Shown: one piece after another, positions 39,476 to 53,384 of the stretch
Position numbering within the stretch: the first letter of the stretch is position 1
How the letters are laid out: each line of letters begins with the position of its first letter
Assembly (NCBI GenBank): GCA_964016885.1
Contig: OZ024742.1
Span: forward strand, 40,176,001-40,240,000
Reading direction: 5' to 3'
Source of the DNA: Eledone cirrhosa
Lineage: Eukaryota
Length of the DNA: 64,000 bases
Notes under the pieces: model-generated
What the model was told of the DNA's origin: nothing
The model's input: only the letters and a program-made list of their open reading frames with translations
The model's database searches: none
Made by a program: the position numbers and the translations under genes

Positions 39476-41055
39476 TATCATACTGTCAGATAATGGGGGT
39501 ACTTTGCTCACTGCATACAGGCATGACTGTATGGTTAAAAAAATTGCTCCACAATCCCACTGTGTGGCATATAGAGTAAAGGCCCTTGCTCTATCATTAA
39601 GTTGACCCAAGCTATGTGAGCGAAATTGGGTAACTGGAAACTGAGTGGAAAACTACGACTTCAGTGGGGTTTGAACTCAAATCATAATGAAAACACAATT
39701 AAATATCATGACATCATATCTGTTGCACTACAGAATCTGCAACTCCCTTGGAGTTTTGAATTATTAGAATTAAAATTATTTCGTTAGCAAGTCTGGATAA
39801 TTGAAATATTGTGAAGACCGATATTCTTTAACTGAAACTTGAATGAGAATGTAGAAATAGTTTCATGAGGTAATCCACAAATTCATGTTCATTTTGCGCT
39901 ATATGGAACATTGAGCATTGAGAGATCTCTATTCTGCATTGTTGCAAGACTTGTCATGGGCCTCCTCTCAAGCCAGGATCATGTTTGCCAGCTGCTTTCC
40001 CAACAGATCTCAACTTGCTCTTGATGAGTCTGCCTTGCCCTCTGTACACCCTTCTGGTTTCCAATTGAATGAGATCTCACAAGTCTCTTTGAGGGTAGCA
40101 TATGGCCAAGGGTCATAGATCACCAAATATAATTTTTTGTTTAATTGTATTATGCAACACGAAGTCGTTGGATAGAATGCTTTGTCGTATTCATTCTGGC
40201 TCTCTGCTCTCAAATCCCACCAAGGTCAACTTTGCCGTCCGTCCTTTTGAGGTCGATAAAAAAAGTACCAGTTAAGTACTGGGGTCATTTCTTCCTCTAT
40301 ATCACTTTCTCATTTTCCTCTCTCTCACTTTCTATCTTTCTTTGGAATAAATATGCTGTACTCAGGCCTAGAGAGGGATGGGCTCTGCTAGGCTTAAAAT
40401 GCCCAAGAAACACTGTATGTCAATACAGCACCCCTACGACTCTATCAGGAGTTATGGGACCATACATGCATTATGCAATACAATAGGACATTTATATTTC
40501 AAATTAATCATACATTATGTAGGTGGTGAATTAGCAGAGTCATTAGGACATTGTATAGAATGATTTACAATATTTGTTCTGGCTCTCTGTGCATTAAGTT
40601 CAAAACCTGCCGAGATGAACTGTGTCTTCCATCTTTTTGAGTTCAATAACAAAAAAAAGTACCAGTCCAATACTGGAGTCGATTCTTCCTTTTTATCTCT
40701 TTCTCACTTCCTCTGCTTTTCTTGAGAAAATCAGCTGTGTTCAGACTGGGAGACTGGATGGGCTCCACCAGGTTTAAAATGCCCCAAATATATGTCATAA
40801 TGGTGCCTCTACAATTTCATCAGAAGTTTTGGGTCCATACATTGTATAATAGGATATATGTATATTTACTTTTAACTGATTTAGATTTAAGATTGTCTTA
40901 TGTAAAAACAATTAGTGACTTCCTGTATTTTAGGAAACTCTGCTCTGCACTAAAACTGTGGTGTGAACTATATGGTTTATGTTAATTTGAATAGAAAGTA
41001 TTCAAGTAGACCAAATCTGGTCTAACATGTAACAGCCTCATTAGTGGTAGTGTAA

Positions 41056-41390
41056 GGCGCATGGCTTAGTGGTTAGAGCATTAGGCTTGCAACCGAGAGG
41101 TGAGTTTGATTCTCAGACTGGGTAATGCGTTGTTTCCTTGAGCAGGACACTTTATTTCATGTTGCTCCAGTTCACTGAGCTGTAGAAATGAGTTGCAACG
41201 TCACTAGTGCTAAGCTCTATTGGCCTTAACCTTTCCCTTGGACAACATCGGTGGTATGGAGAGGAGAGACTGGTATGTATTGGCGACTGCTGGTCTTCCA
41301 CAAATAACCTTGCCCAGACTTGTGCCTCGGAGGGGAACTTTCTAGGTACAAATCCCATGGTTCATTTGTGACCGAAGTGGAGTTTTACCC
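41056..41390 (+). mobile_element. tRNA-derived SINE family 2
   Basis: A-box tggcttagtggttagagc, B-box-like gtttgattctc, core gttgtttccttgagcaggacactttatttca. Relatives at 59905-60180, 61251-61400 and, on the minus strand, 16605-16880. Confidence 0.8.
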
Positions 41391-43451
41391 TAGTGGTATC
41401 AACATCGTAAAATGTACCCACTACACTTTCTAAATTAGTAGTGCTGGTGCCACAATAAAATGTTCCCAGTACCCCTTGTAAAGTGATTAGTGTTGAGAAG
41501 GGTATGCAACCACAGAAACCATGAGCATATGAGCAACATGTGGTTCCCCAACCAGCCTAGTTTCAGAACATGACAACACATTCAACCCTTGCCAGCATGG
41601 AAAGAGGAAATATCATGATGATTATGATGATGATAATGATGATTATTCTTTGTAGAGGAATTTTGGTTAAAGTTGAAATTTAAATTTCAGTTTTAAAAGG
41701 AAATCTAGGGACCAATAAGTGTATCCATAGTAACATCCTCTTTGGTTCTTTCTTTTCTCTTTCTCTTCTCCACTCAACCTCACCCCTTCGTTTATTCACC
41801 CAAGTTTGTTGCCTGAATATTTACAACCCTATCTGCATTCTAGCAGCTTCCTAAATACAACCACAACTTATACAATTTTTTCTTTTTCATATTTTATTAT
41901 TATTATATTTTTTTGACAGTTGAGACTTATTTTATCAATACCTTTTTGTCAAACTACTCTGTTACAGTATATAAACACAGACAAGAAGGTACCCTCCCAC
42001 ACATATATATGTAAATGATGTATTAAATATATATACAGGGGTGTCCCAAAAATGTATACATACTTCAACAGCATTTTAATAAATATTGCAAAGTGTGTAT
42101 ATATGTAGATAACATGCTGCTGCAGTTTCTATTCACTAAGTTCCACTCACAAGTCATTGGTCCACCTGAAACTATAATAAAAAACATTTGCCCAAGGTGC
42201 TGCATAATGGGACTGAACCCAGCATCATGTGGTTACAAAGTGAACTTCTTAACCAGAAAGCCATACCTCTGTTTTGATTCAAATTCAAATATAAGACTGA
42301 ACTATATTTTGTGATTTTTACTTTCATACATTCATTCATTTTTTTTTTTTGTGTTTTGGCTCTTAATTTTTGGTTTATGAAAACCCATGTCAGTTTTATC
42401 AATTTAAATCTTCAAATCTGAAATATATTTTAAAAGAAAAATATTTTTAAAAAATGAAATAAAAAATGAGACAAAAACAAAAACAAAACTTAATTTAAAC
42501 TTCCCATCCCTGGTTCTTAATAATATATTATGGTAATTAATGGCGAAGATGGTGGCAATATAAAATTAAAATTAAAAGAATAAAAAGCTTTCATTGATGA
42601 CTGTGTAATGAAAGTTAGTAAAGCTTGACTTGACTTAACTTTTGACTGACAAATTAGGGCTAGAGAAGAGGAAAGGCAGACCAAAAACAACAAAATGCTT
42701 TTCAGAAATATAATTATGAATTCTAGAACAATCTTTTCAATTTTACTTTAAATTTTATTTTATTTTATCTAAACATTTTATTTTATCTAAACTTTTTTTC
42801 CACTACTTTTAACAAACTTAACTGTTATAATAAAGATGTGCATGCAAGTAACCCAAACACAGTATTTATCCTTTCTCCTATGCCTCGAATTCTTCTACTT
42901 CCTCTTCATCATCCTCCTCATCAATTTCATGTCAACTTCATCATTGACTTCATCATCATTATCATCTTCATCATCAAGCTCATCATCAACCTCATCAGCA
43001 TCATTTTCTTAACTCACATCATCATCATCATCAGCATTGTCACCATCATTATCATCATCGCCACACCATAATCAACATCAGCATCAACATCATTAACCTT
43101 ATCTTCATTATTTAAATACACATTATTATTATCTTTCATCCTTATGGGGTTGATAAAATAAGTACCAGTAATGCACTGGGATAATTGCTGGCCTTGTGCT
43201 AAAAGTAGAAACAATTATTATCTTTTTTCTCATTGTTACTATTAATAGAAATATTCTTTACATTTTTCTTTTCTATTTCACATTTAGTACTGTCCACAAT
43301 ATCTCAAACCCTTGAGGCTAATAAAAGAAATCATTCTTATTATTACTTTCATTATCATCCTTATTATAGTTATTGCTGTTGTAATATTCACATTTTTTTT
43401 ATCCTTTATCATCTTCTTCCCTATTATTAATGCTAATGTTAATGCAATATA

Positions 43452-43489
<38 letters not shown>

Positions 43490-44154
43490 GTGGTCATTAT
43501 CATAAAGATTCCTATTTCTTTCTTAGCTGTCACCGCTGATGTTGTTTGTTGCTGTTGCTAAAATATTTTTTCTCGTTAACATAAATGAAATTAAGGATAA
43601 AGTAATTTTGTTTTGTGTGCTTTCATTAACAATATCAATAAAAAGCAAAAAAAAAAAAAATAGTAATAAATGCCCTACATAAAATATAACAAACGCCCCA
43701 CCTCTCAAAAAATTGCCAAAGAAAGACAAAATATTTTTTTGTCTCCTTTATTTATTATTCTTTTTTTCTTTTTTTTAAAGTCGGACATAAAACGATGATG
43801 ATGATTTTTTTTCATCTTTACTCTTTCTCTTAACGAAATTATAACAACAACAACAAAAACAAAAAAGAAAGGAAAAGAGATAATTTGAATTTATCACATT
43901 TGTTTTGAGTTGTTAATTAAAGTTTTGGTGGCAGTCTGACAAGAGTAGCAATAATTAAATTAGCTTTGGTTATATTTTCTTTCGCATTAATTAATTTTTA
44001 AAATTATTATATTTATTCATTACTCATTTACTTATTGATGACTAATTACACAGGGGGTGAGAAAAAAAAAAAGACTATTTCTGTTTTTTGAAATACATAT
44101 ATGGGTCAACAATAAAGGATTCCATCTTGTAATATGATTGTTAGCAAAGTCAGT

Positions 44155-44382
44155 TTAGCCCTTTAGCATTTAAACCGGCCATATCTGGCCAGAATTCTCT
44201 CACCTCTTTTTGTTCAAACTAGTCATAACTGGCCACTCACACCAATGTTAAGGTATTGTTCTCAAAATAAATAATATCAAAATCTCATAGATTTGATATT
44301 GTGTGAGATATTATGTGAAGAAAAGCCTTTACCGTGAAAATATGATAGTAAATATAGAGTAATGTAAATGCTAAAGGGTTAA
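44155..44382 (+). mobile_element. piggyBac-type MITE (family 1)
   Basis: ttag-ccctttagcattta..taaatgctaaaggg-TTAA. Confidence 0.85.
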
Positions 44383-44384
44383 AG

Positions 44385-45680
44385 CAGTGGTTCCCAAAAA
44401 TGTGTATTGCAATATATAATTAGGTGTGACATAAAAGAGCAAGATTCTATTTCAAAATATGAAAAATATAAATTGAAGTTCATAATAAAGGTCATATATA
44501 AATGCCATCGAAGAAAAACTAGGAATTGCTTTTCTCCGATATGCCCCAACACTGAAAACATTACCCCAAAAAACATCAAGTATATGTTTTTCATTGATGA
44601 ATTTACTATGTTTATTGACTACAGAAGAAAGTACAAATAAATTTTATATATTTTAAATTATCTACATTTCTACTTTATGCTGTGCTCATCAGAGTTGGAT
44701 TTAGACCTTGGGAGTCCTGGGGCACTTCAGGTTTTTTCGGGGGCCCTTCATACACAGAATATTAGAATACACAGCAAAATCCAAATTTTACATGACAAAG
44801 TTAGCTTGGTGCAAACAATTGGAATTGAAAGGTTATACATAGAGGTATTAAATTAAAAAATTCTAACCATCCTAAAATTAAAAAGTCCAGATGAGGGCAC
44901 AAATAAATTGCTATGGCTGTCGTTGGTGGGGCACCCCACTGTGTGGGGTCTGGGGAAATTGCCCCTTTGCCCCCTATTAAATCTGTCCCTGGTTATGCTA
45001 ATATGTACCTATTTTGTCAACATTTTAAAACTTAGGTACAAAGCGCAACAAAATATTTCTAATTCTTCTAATATGATCCAAAATGTTACAACTTGTTCTA
45101 AAGTACACTAACATATTTCCACTTGTTCTAAAGTACACTAACATATTTCCACTTGTTCTAAAGTACACTAACATATTTCCACTTGTTCTAAAGTGCACTA
45201 ACATATTTCCCCTTGTTCTAAAGTACACTAACATATTTCCACTTGTTCTAAAGTACACTAACATATTTCTACTAGTTCTAAAGTGCACTAACATATTTCC
45301 TCTTGTTCTAAAGTACAATAACATATTTCCCCTTGTTCTAAAGTACAATAACATATTTCTACTAGTTCTAAAGTACACTAACATATTTCCACTAGTTCTA
45401 AAGTGCACTAACATATTTCCACTAGCTTTAAAGTGCACTAACATATTTCCCCTTGTTCTAAAGTAAAATAACATATTTCTACTAGTTCTAAAGTACACTA
45501 ACATATTTCCACTTGTTTTAAAGTACACTAACATATTTCCACTAGTTCTAAAGTACACTAACATATTTCCACTAGCTTTAAAGTGCACTAACATATTTCC
45601 CCTTGTTCTAAAGTAAAATAACATATTTCCACTAGCTTTAAAGTGCACGATGAGTAAAAAAAAACCTTTGGGAACCACTG
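44385..45680. mobile_element. Non-autonomous hAT (Charlie-like) element with a nested element and an internal minisatellite
   Basis: Perfect 14-bp TIR CAGTGGTTCCCAAA / TTTGGGAACCACTG; nested 44690-44991 with cagagttggattta / taaatctgtccctg ends; no clean TSD. Confidence 0.7.
45091..45648. repeat. 30-bp minisatellite, about 18.6 copies
   Basis: Unit acttgttctaaagtacactaacatatttcc with interspersed variants and no indels. Confidence 0.99.
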
Positions 45681-45822
45681 GCCCAGAACATGGACAAACA
45701 GAAATAACTCAACAGGAATATTAATTTGCATTAGAGTAAAATGTCTTGGGAGTTTACCACTAATCTATGTTGGATTATTCTCACTTATTTCTCTCTCTCT
45801 TTTTCTTACACACACACACACA

Positions 45823-45885
<63 letters not shown>

Positions 45886-46733
45886 CAGAAGCAGAAATAT
45901 TTATATAAATAATAGCTTTTTAAATCAGGTTAAATGGCCAGCGGTCACTACAAAGAATCGAACTTTGTATCTTTCAGATACTGGTTGACTACTCTAACTA
46001 TTGAGCTAAAAGATTTCTGACAAAAAATAAATAAACTGTAAAATCATATATGTTGTTGGAAGTTCCTATCATTCTCCTGTCATGAACAAATGCTTTTTCC
46101 AGTATTTGTAAGCAATTCACTACTCAGTGCCTTCTTAGAATAGAGACTATGGAATATTCAAGAGTCAATAAAAACTGTTTTATTTGGAAATCGGAAGGGG
46201 TTGAAATCTTTTCAAAAATGGTGTGTTGGGCAGTTTCAATTATGCCTTGCCTTATAAATGGTTCATAACACCTCATTGCTTAATTAAGTTTAGGTCACTA
46301 TTATTTAAAAAATAAACGTGTCCTAGGCTCTGAGCCCATCACTCTCTCCCTTTCCTTCTTCTTTTCTTCTGTGACCCTAGAGTCCTTGCTTTTTCCCTTC
46401 CTTTTTTTCCCTCTCATTTATGCCATTTATAGTCCTTTCCTCTACTTTCCCATACAGCTAAATCTACCCTTCTTTACCCCTTCCCCTTTTTCGCATTACT
46501 TGATTTTGCTTTTATCTTTCTTTTTCATATTTATGTAATCATCAATGGTTTTAAAGCCGACTTTGTGAATAATAATTTTTTTTTTTAGATTTAAATAAAC
46601 CATAATGTGAAATACGTTGGCACAAGTTTGTATCAATTGCATGTCAAAAATGTAGTTTTCTCTTTTCATACAAATTTACACTAGCAGAAAACCGCCTGGA
46701 GGGTGGTTTTCTGCTAGTGTAAATGTATATATA

Positions 46734-46800
<67 letters not shown>

Positions 46801-46805
<5 letters not shown>

Positions 46806-47025
46806 AATAACATTAAAGTTTAAGCAAAGAATCGCTGCTCCCACCCTTAACGGGATCTTCCGAAACTCAGAAGATCCTGTTAAGAGTGAAAGCAGCGATT
46901 CTTTCCTTAAAATTTAATCTGTTATTTTAATAAATATTTGCTCTAGGGTTCTTATATATTTGGTATATATTTATCCTTATCGAGCCCTCTTTGGATTTTA
47001 GTCTTCACATTTATTATTATTACTA
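46801..47025. mobile_element. TA-embedded fold-back element (arms 46801-46860 and 46870-46932)
   Basis: Imperfect hairpin of about 60 bp directly after (TA)n; the right arm continues about 90 nt to another TA tract. Confidence 0.6.
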
Positions 47026-47289
47026 TATATATATATATCAAATTAAAAATAGGGTTAAAGACTCACATTGATCCCCTATAATTTAATGAGCTCAAGGAAT
47101 AGTTTCCGGGATTTTTATAAATCAGCATATAGAGAGAAGTACACAGAAATATGTGTACTGCTCTCTCTATATGTGATATGTATATATATATATATATATT
47201 GTGATGATGATATAAGCAGAAATGTGACCCGCCAGGCAATTTACTGCTTGTGTAAATATATATTTGTGTGTATCTGCTGTATATATATC

Positions 47290-47352
<63 letters not shown>

Positions 47353-48944
47353 ATTTATGTATTCAATTTTCATTCACAGAACACATAATATTATCATGTG
47401 TTCACATGCAAAAGCAGGTTATCTTTAAATCTCTTTATTATTATATATATAAAACATGTAATAATGTTTTGATATTAATGAATACATAAATGCTTTTTTT
47501 TTATATAATCATTTTTGAGTGTATAGCAAATTCAATATATAGCAACCAAATTATTTTAGTCTTTTAGTAGTATGGAACTCTCTAATGAAGAGTGATGGAA
47601 TTTCTACACGAATTCACGAATCCCAATCTTTTGTTTGAACTTGTAAAAAGAAGTGATAGAATATTGTACTTCTCCAAGAGACAGGGTGAAAAGCTAATTG
47701 TATGATGCTTATGTGTGAACAGCAATATTGAATGGAAGTGAGACTTGAGTTTAATATTCAAGGGACTCAGGAAGATTGGAAAGAAATGTAGCAAGCATGC
47801 TCTGATGGATGTATAATAGTAGCATATAAGAGCAGTGAAGTATCAATGAGTTAAGAGAAAAATTGGGAATAGGAGGGATTGAATACAATGTGCAGGGGAG
47901 GAGACTGTGTTGTATGTACATGTAATGCACATGAAGGATGACAACTGCACAGAGAAATGCCGGGTGCTTGAAGTCAAAGGAACCCTTAGAAGGGGAAGAT
48001 CCAAGAAAACTTAAGATGATGTGGTGAACACTGACCTCATGCAGCTGAACCTCACAAAGGAGATAACTCAGGATTGAGTTAACTGGTAACACATCAGTTA
48101 CTGAAGGAAACTCACCTTCTCATGAAAGCAGAATGAAAGAAGCAGAAGGAGGATGGTCCCCACCTGCTAGTATGCTCCCTACCCTTCTCTCTATCTCTCT
48201 CCACCCTAAACCAGAGAGGCTGTAAAAGATTCAGGTCCCATCTGCCAGTATACTTCTGTTTTCCCCACCACCCTTTCCTCGTCCAGCCCATGCAACATGA
48301 AAAGCTAGTTCAAACTTTGATTCACTTTCTCCACCAAACACATACCCATTCCAACCCAGGCCAAGATGGAAAGCAAGTAGCATATAGACTGCACTCCAAA
48401 CATTTAGGCCAGCAAGGAAAGCCAAGCACACCTCACAATATGCTTCAAGCACACCCCTTTGAACTAGCATTTCCTTCCTCAAAGTGGGATATCTATTCTC
48501 AGCACCCCCAAGAAAGTACTGTATAGCATGTGTCCCTCTAATTTATATACCCCAATCCCCATTAATACCTCCCCAGATGGACCAAGGATACTGAGCACCC
48601 TAATGTTGTAATAAGGTAGTGCTGATTCCATGATAAAATGCACACTTCTGTAGAATGGTAGTGCTAATGCATTGCTGAAAAGCATCCACTCTACCCTGTA
48701 AGATGGTAATGCGTGTGCTATGATGAAAGGTACCCTGTGTATGGGTTAGACTGGTTGTCACATTCTGAGGTTTGACTATTCAGGTGACCATGTCTAGGTT
48801 ATACTTTCCATTTTTGGCATGGTTTCTCTGGCTGGATACTCTTCGTAATGTCAACCAATTTATGGTATGTACTGGGAAGATTTTATCATGACACCAGTAC
48901 AACCATCTAATCAGTGGGTGTATTGTCTTTCTCTCTCTCTATTT

Positions 48945-48991
<47 letters not shown>

Positions 48992-48995
48992 TATA

Positions 48996-49462
48996 TAAAG
49001 GAAAAGAATGACTTCTCTTGTAGTTCTAAATTTGATTTAATTTTATAATATTATGAGTTGGTAGATCTAGTAAGTTCTTTGTTAACTTCGGTGGGAAGAT
49101 TTTTAAAGATTCCTGGTTAACTTTCCTGGAGCTTTCTCGCATTCATCGTTGGTGATTGTCAAACTGATTGACAATCACCAACGATGAATACGAGAAAGCT
49201 CCAGGAAAGTTAACCAGGAATCTTTAAAAATCTTCCCACCGAAGTTAACAAAGAACTTACTAGATCTACCAACTCATAATATAAAATTAAATCAAATTGT
49301 TTAGAACGACAAGTGAAGTCATTCTTTACCTTTTTTTAAATATACCTAACTGTACGAAGGATTTCACACATTTTCCAATACACCGTTCGAATACTGGTGC
49401 TCTAGTTTGGATCTAGCTGTCAAAATGGCCGGAGCTCAGCCATCGGGGTCCTGAATCTTTTC
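48996..49462. mobile_element. TA-embedded fold-back element (arms about 48998-49162 and 49168-49333)
   Basis: About 165-bp near-perfect hairpin with a loop of about 5 nt, plus a 130-nt extension; TA tracts on both sides. Confidence 0.75.
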
Positions 49463-50019
49463 ATATATATATATATATAAAAATACAGACATATATATAT
49501 GACCAAGAAGAGTGACTACATCATGTGTTTTAATATATTTTAAAATGAAATGAAAAATGAGAAAAGGCGCCATCTGAAATAAAGATAACATTCTCCTTGT
49601 GATATTGTTTAATTTAACTGCTGTTGAGGTTTAGGAGATGTTCGGAATAACCAAATATAAAATAGCTCTCTTGCATACAGCATGCAGTTCAGATGCATTT
49701 AGCATGTAGTTCTGTTGCACATGTGTTGTAGCTAGTATTGTTCAACATTGCAGACAATGTCACACTGCATATCATACATGGCATTTTGGGGGTGGGGGTG
49801 GTAGTGGAGGTGGTTGCATATGTATGTGTGTCTGATTGTGTGTGTGTGTGTTTGAAAGCATGTGTTTATGTGATAGTATCTGTGTGGGTGCTTGTTTGTA
49901 GCTATTGCCATTGTGGGTTTGCATGGCCTTGTTTTCTTTTTTAACATTTTGTTTGTCCGTTTCTTTTTGTGTTTTATTTCAGGGTTATATTGTTATTGTT
50001 GTTGTTGTTGTTGAATAAA

Positions 50020-50078
<59 letters not shown>

Positions 50079-52681
50079 TGTGTGTGTGTGTTTGAATGTG
50101 TGTTTGCATGTGTGTGTGTGTGTGTTTGTGTGTATGTGCATGTCTGTGTAAGTGTGTGTGTATGTGTGTTTGTGTGTGTGCGTGCGTGTGGGTGTATGTG
50201 TGTGTGTGCACATGTGTGTGTATGTGTGTGTCTATGTGTATGTGTGTATGTGTGTGTATGTATGTCAGTATGTCAGTATGTGTGTGTATGGTAGATTGTG
50301 TGTTCATCATTGTTTATCTTTTCATAATTAAACAATGTTCAACAATGTATATTTTAAAGGTGACATTATTAGTCTTATAGTATGTGTGTGCAGATATTTG
50401 TAGGTGTGTTTTCTGTTTTTCTTCAGCAGCCAATAATTAGGTTATCTTATAGATCTTGTTGTATTTGTTATTGATTCTTCCCTACTGTTATTGGTATTAT
50501 TATTATTATTATTAAATGGGTGGGCAAATAAAAGAAATCATTATTAAACAATTATTATTGTTGTTGTTGTTATTATTTTGCAATAATTTTGTTGAAAAGT
50601 GAGAATGATAGTGGTGAGAATGGCCTGTGTGGATGTAACTGTAGGCTGAAGGACATAGCTGGGAGAGCACACCTGCCCTTGGTTGGCAGGGGTAATATCT
50701 ATGACAGATCCTTGATTCAACTTAGGTAGATGTTCCTCTGCTGGGGCATCTCATTTTATTCTTTTATATATTTGCTATTATTTTCCATGCTTGTTCTTTT
50801 ATTCATCAATTCTGTATAAATTCTCATTGTTAAAAATATAATTTCTGCTTCTAATATTACCACATATGTCACCCTTGAGGCAAATAAAGTACTGATTGTT
50901 ATTATCTTATCTTTATGTTGTAATTGTTTTGGTTGTTATTGTTGTTGTGGTCTTTATTGCTGATGTTGCTAATGGTGTTTAATGTTGTTAGTACTGTTAA
51001 TGATGATGATGTTGCTGTTGTTGTATTGCCAAGAGGTCAGCCACGATCAAGCATTCTTATAATCAAAGGTGTTCAACCATGACCAAACCCTGTTTGCAAA
51101 AGTATCTTCTATTATATTATCTAACACACATTTTGTTTTTCACCTTAAAGACAGTAGGGTTTCATTTGAGGGAGATTTGACTGCTGCTTTTTCAGATCAA
51201 ATGATCATATAGTGAACTGATGAGGAACCCTTCACCCACTGGCAAGATTTTGCTTGCCCTCAAATCTGAAACCTCCTGACAATATTCTTTTAAAATCTTT
51301 ATGAAGTGTTTAAACATGAAAACGAAAGCAATGATTTAACAGAAGTAGCTTTCAACACCCCATTAGGATATTTAAAGTATTATAACTGGATAATTAATTA
51401 ATGCCTTTTAACATTTTAATTTACTTAGAGTTATGAATTTGCATATGAATTTGCATATGAATTTATAAAATCAAATCAATGATTCATTATTTCTCTCAGG
51501 ACAGATATGCTCCTAAAAGTTTTCATACACATAATTTGCCCATGGTACTCAAGAAAGTTGTCCACTCTTTAATAGAATTGTTGCTTTGGCTGTTGTTATA
51601 TTGTGGTTGTTTCTGTGGTGGTAAATAATGCACATTTTGTTTCAACTATTGTCATCTTTCATAACTGTCATTATTGCTATTGTAGTTACTGTTACTAATG
51701 TTCTTGTTATTTAGCACAAGGTCAGCCATAGTTGAACAGATCTCTGATCAAAAGCTTTTGAAGCCTAAGTCTTGATCATCTTGCTTGATCAAAAAGTAAT
51801 CAATCCTAGGCCTCGATCATCTCACTTGATCAAAAGTTAATCAAGTCCAGGTCTTCATCATTTTTTTCTCCAATAGTGTAACCTGGAATACACATACAAT
51901 CTTTTCCTTTTTTTAAGATAGCAGTATGTGATTTGAGGGATATTTGGCTGCTAATTCTCTCATTGGCATTTGTTGAACTTTTGTTGTTGTTACTATGGTT
52001 TTTAGCGTTGTTGTGGCTCCTGTTATGGCTAATATTGATATTGGTTTTGTTACTTCTTTTGTTACATTTCTGTTGTTGTTTCTACTGTTGTAGGTGATGT
52101 GGCTGTTGTTGCTATTGCTGCTTTGAATGTTGTTACTGCTTCTGATGTTGCTAATACTATTGTTGTTATTGTTGTTGTTACTGTTACTTGTTGCTGCTGT
52201 TGTTGCTGTTTTGATACTATTGTTGTTATGTGATTATCACATCAACAATATGACCATCAATTTACTGCTGTCTTCCAAGAGTTAGCTTTCTCAAGCAATT
52301 TCTACAAAATAATAATAACAATAATAATACGTTATTGATGCAACAGCACAGCTTAAATAGAACAATCTTCCCACAAATAACACACCCTGTACAATAAGTA
52401 CCTAATACAATAAAATAACACAACATATATTCTAGGAGATTAATACCCAATAAAATAACACAATTCACATTACACATGCCATATAGAACAGATCAAACAC
52501 TAAAAGAACACCAGAAAATACAAACTAATCTCTATTATTAAACAAAACTGATACAGAACATTAACAGAGGAAGTCTATACTCCAACAGCTCCAACAAAAA
52601 TAACACAATGCTGCATACACATCAGAAACATGGAGTTGCACCTCGTGATACATAAAAGATTTGTATGAAGCCATTGAAGAA

Positions 52682-53380
52682 ATAATAATAATAATAATAA
52701 TTATAATAATAATAATTGTTTCTACTTTTGGCACAAGGCCAGCAATTACCCAGTACATTACTGGTACTTTATTTTATCGATCCCGTAAGGATGAAAGGCA
52801 AAGTTAACCTCGACGGGATTTGAACTCAGACCGTAAAGGGATGTAACTATGATGGAAGCATGGCATCCGACTCTCTACCGATACTGCCAATTCACCAGAA
52901 TAATAATTGTTTCTACTTTTGGCACAAGGCCAGCAATTACCCAGTGCATTACTGGTACTTTATTTTATCGACCCCGTAAGGATGAAAGGCAAAGTTAACC
53001 TCGGCGGGATTTGAACTCAGACAGTAAAGGGACGTAGCTATGCTAGAAAGCATGGCGTCCGACCCTCTACCAATACTGCCAATAATAATAATTGTTTCTA
53101 CTTTTGGCACAAGGCCAGCAATTACCCAGTGTATTACTGGTACTTTATTTTATCGACCCTGTAAGGATATTAAAATAAGGTACCAATAATAATAATAATT
53201 ATTATTTCTACATTTGGCACAAGGCCAGCAATTTGAAGGGAAGGGAAAAATTGATTAAATCGACCCCAGTGATAACTGGTGCTTTATTTTATCGATCCTG
53301 TAAAGATGAAAGGCGAAGCTAACCTCAGCAGGATTTGAACTCAGAACATAAAGGGCCGTAACTCTATGCCATACAGCATA
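52682..53380 (-). mobile_element. Head-to-tail array of four family 1 SINEs
   Basis: Units near 52715, 52905, 53090 (truncated) and 53200, each preceded by (AAT)n. Confidence 0.92.
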
Positions 53381-53384
53381 TTGA

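Noticed and set aside
41056-41130. tRNA gene
   Set aside because: A and B boxes are present but there is no complete cloverleaf, and it continues into a SINE body.
42033-42075. Tc1/mariner element (tacaggggtgtcccaaaa)
   Set aside because: Only one TIR-like end is seen; no partner found.
45091-45648. CRISPR-like array or real 217-aa repeat protein
   Set aside because: Units are contiguous with no unique spacers and no cas genes; the ORF follows from a stop-free 30-bp unit.
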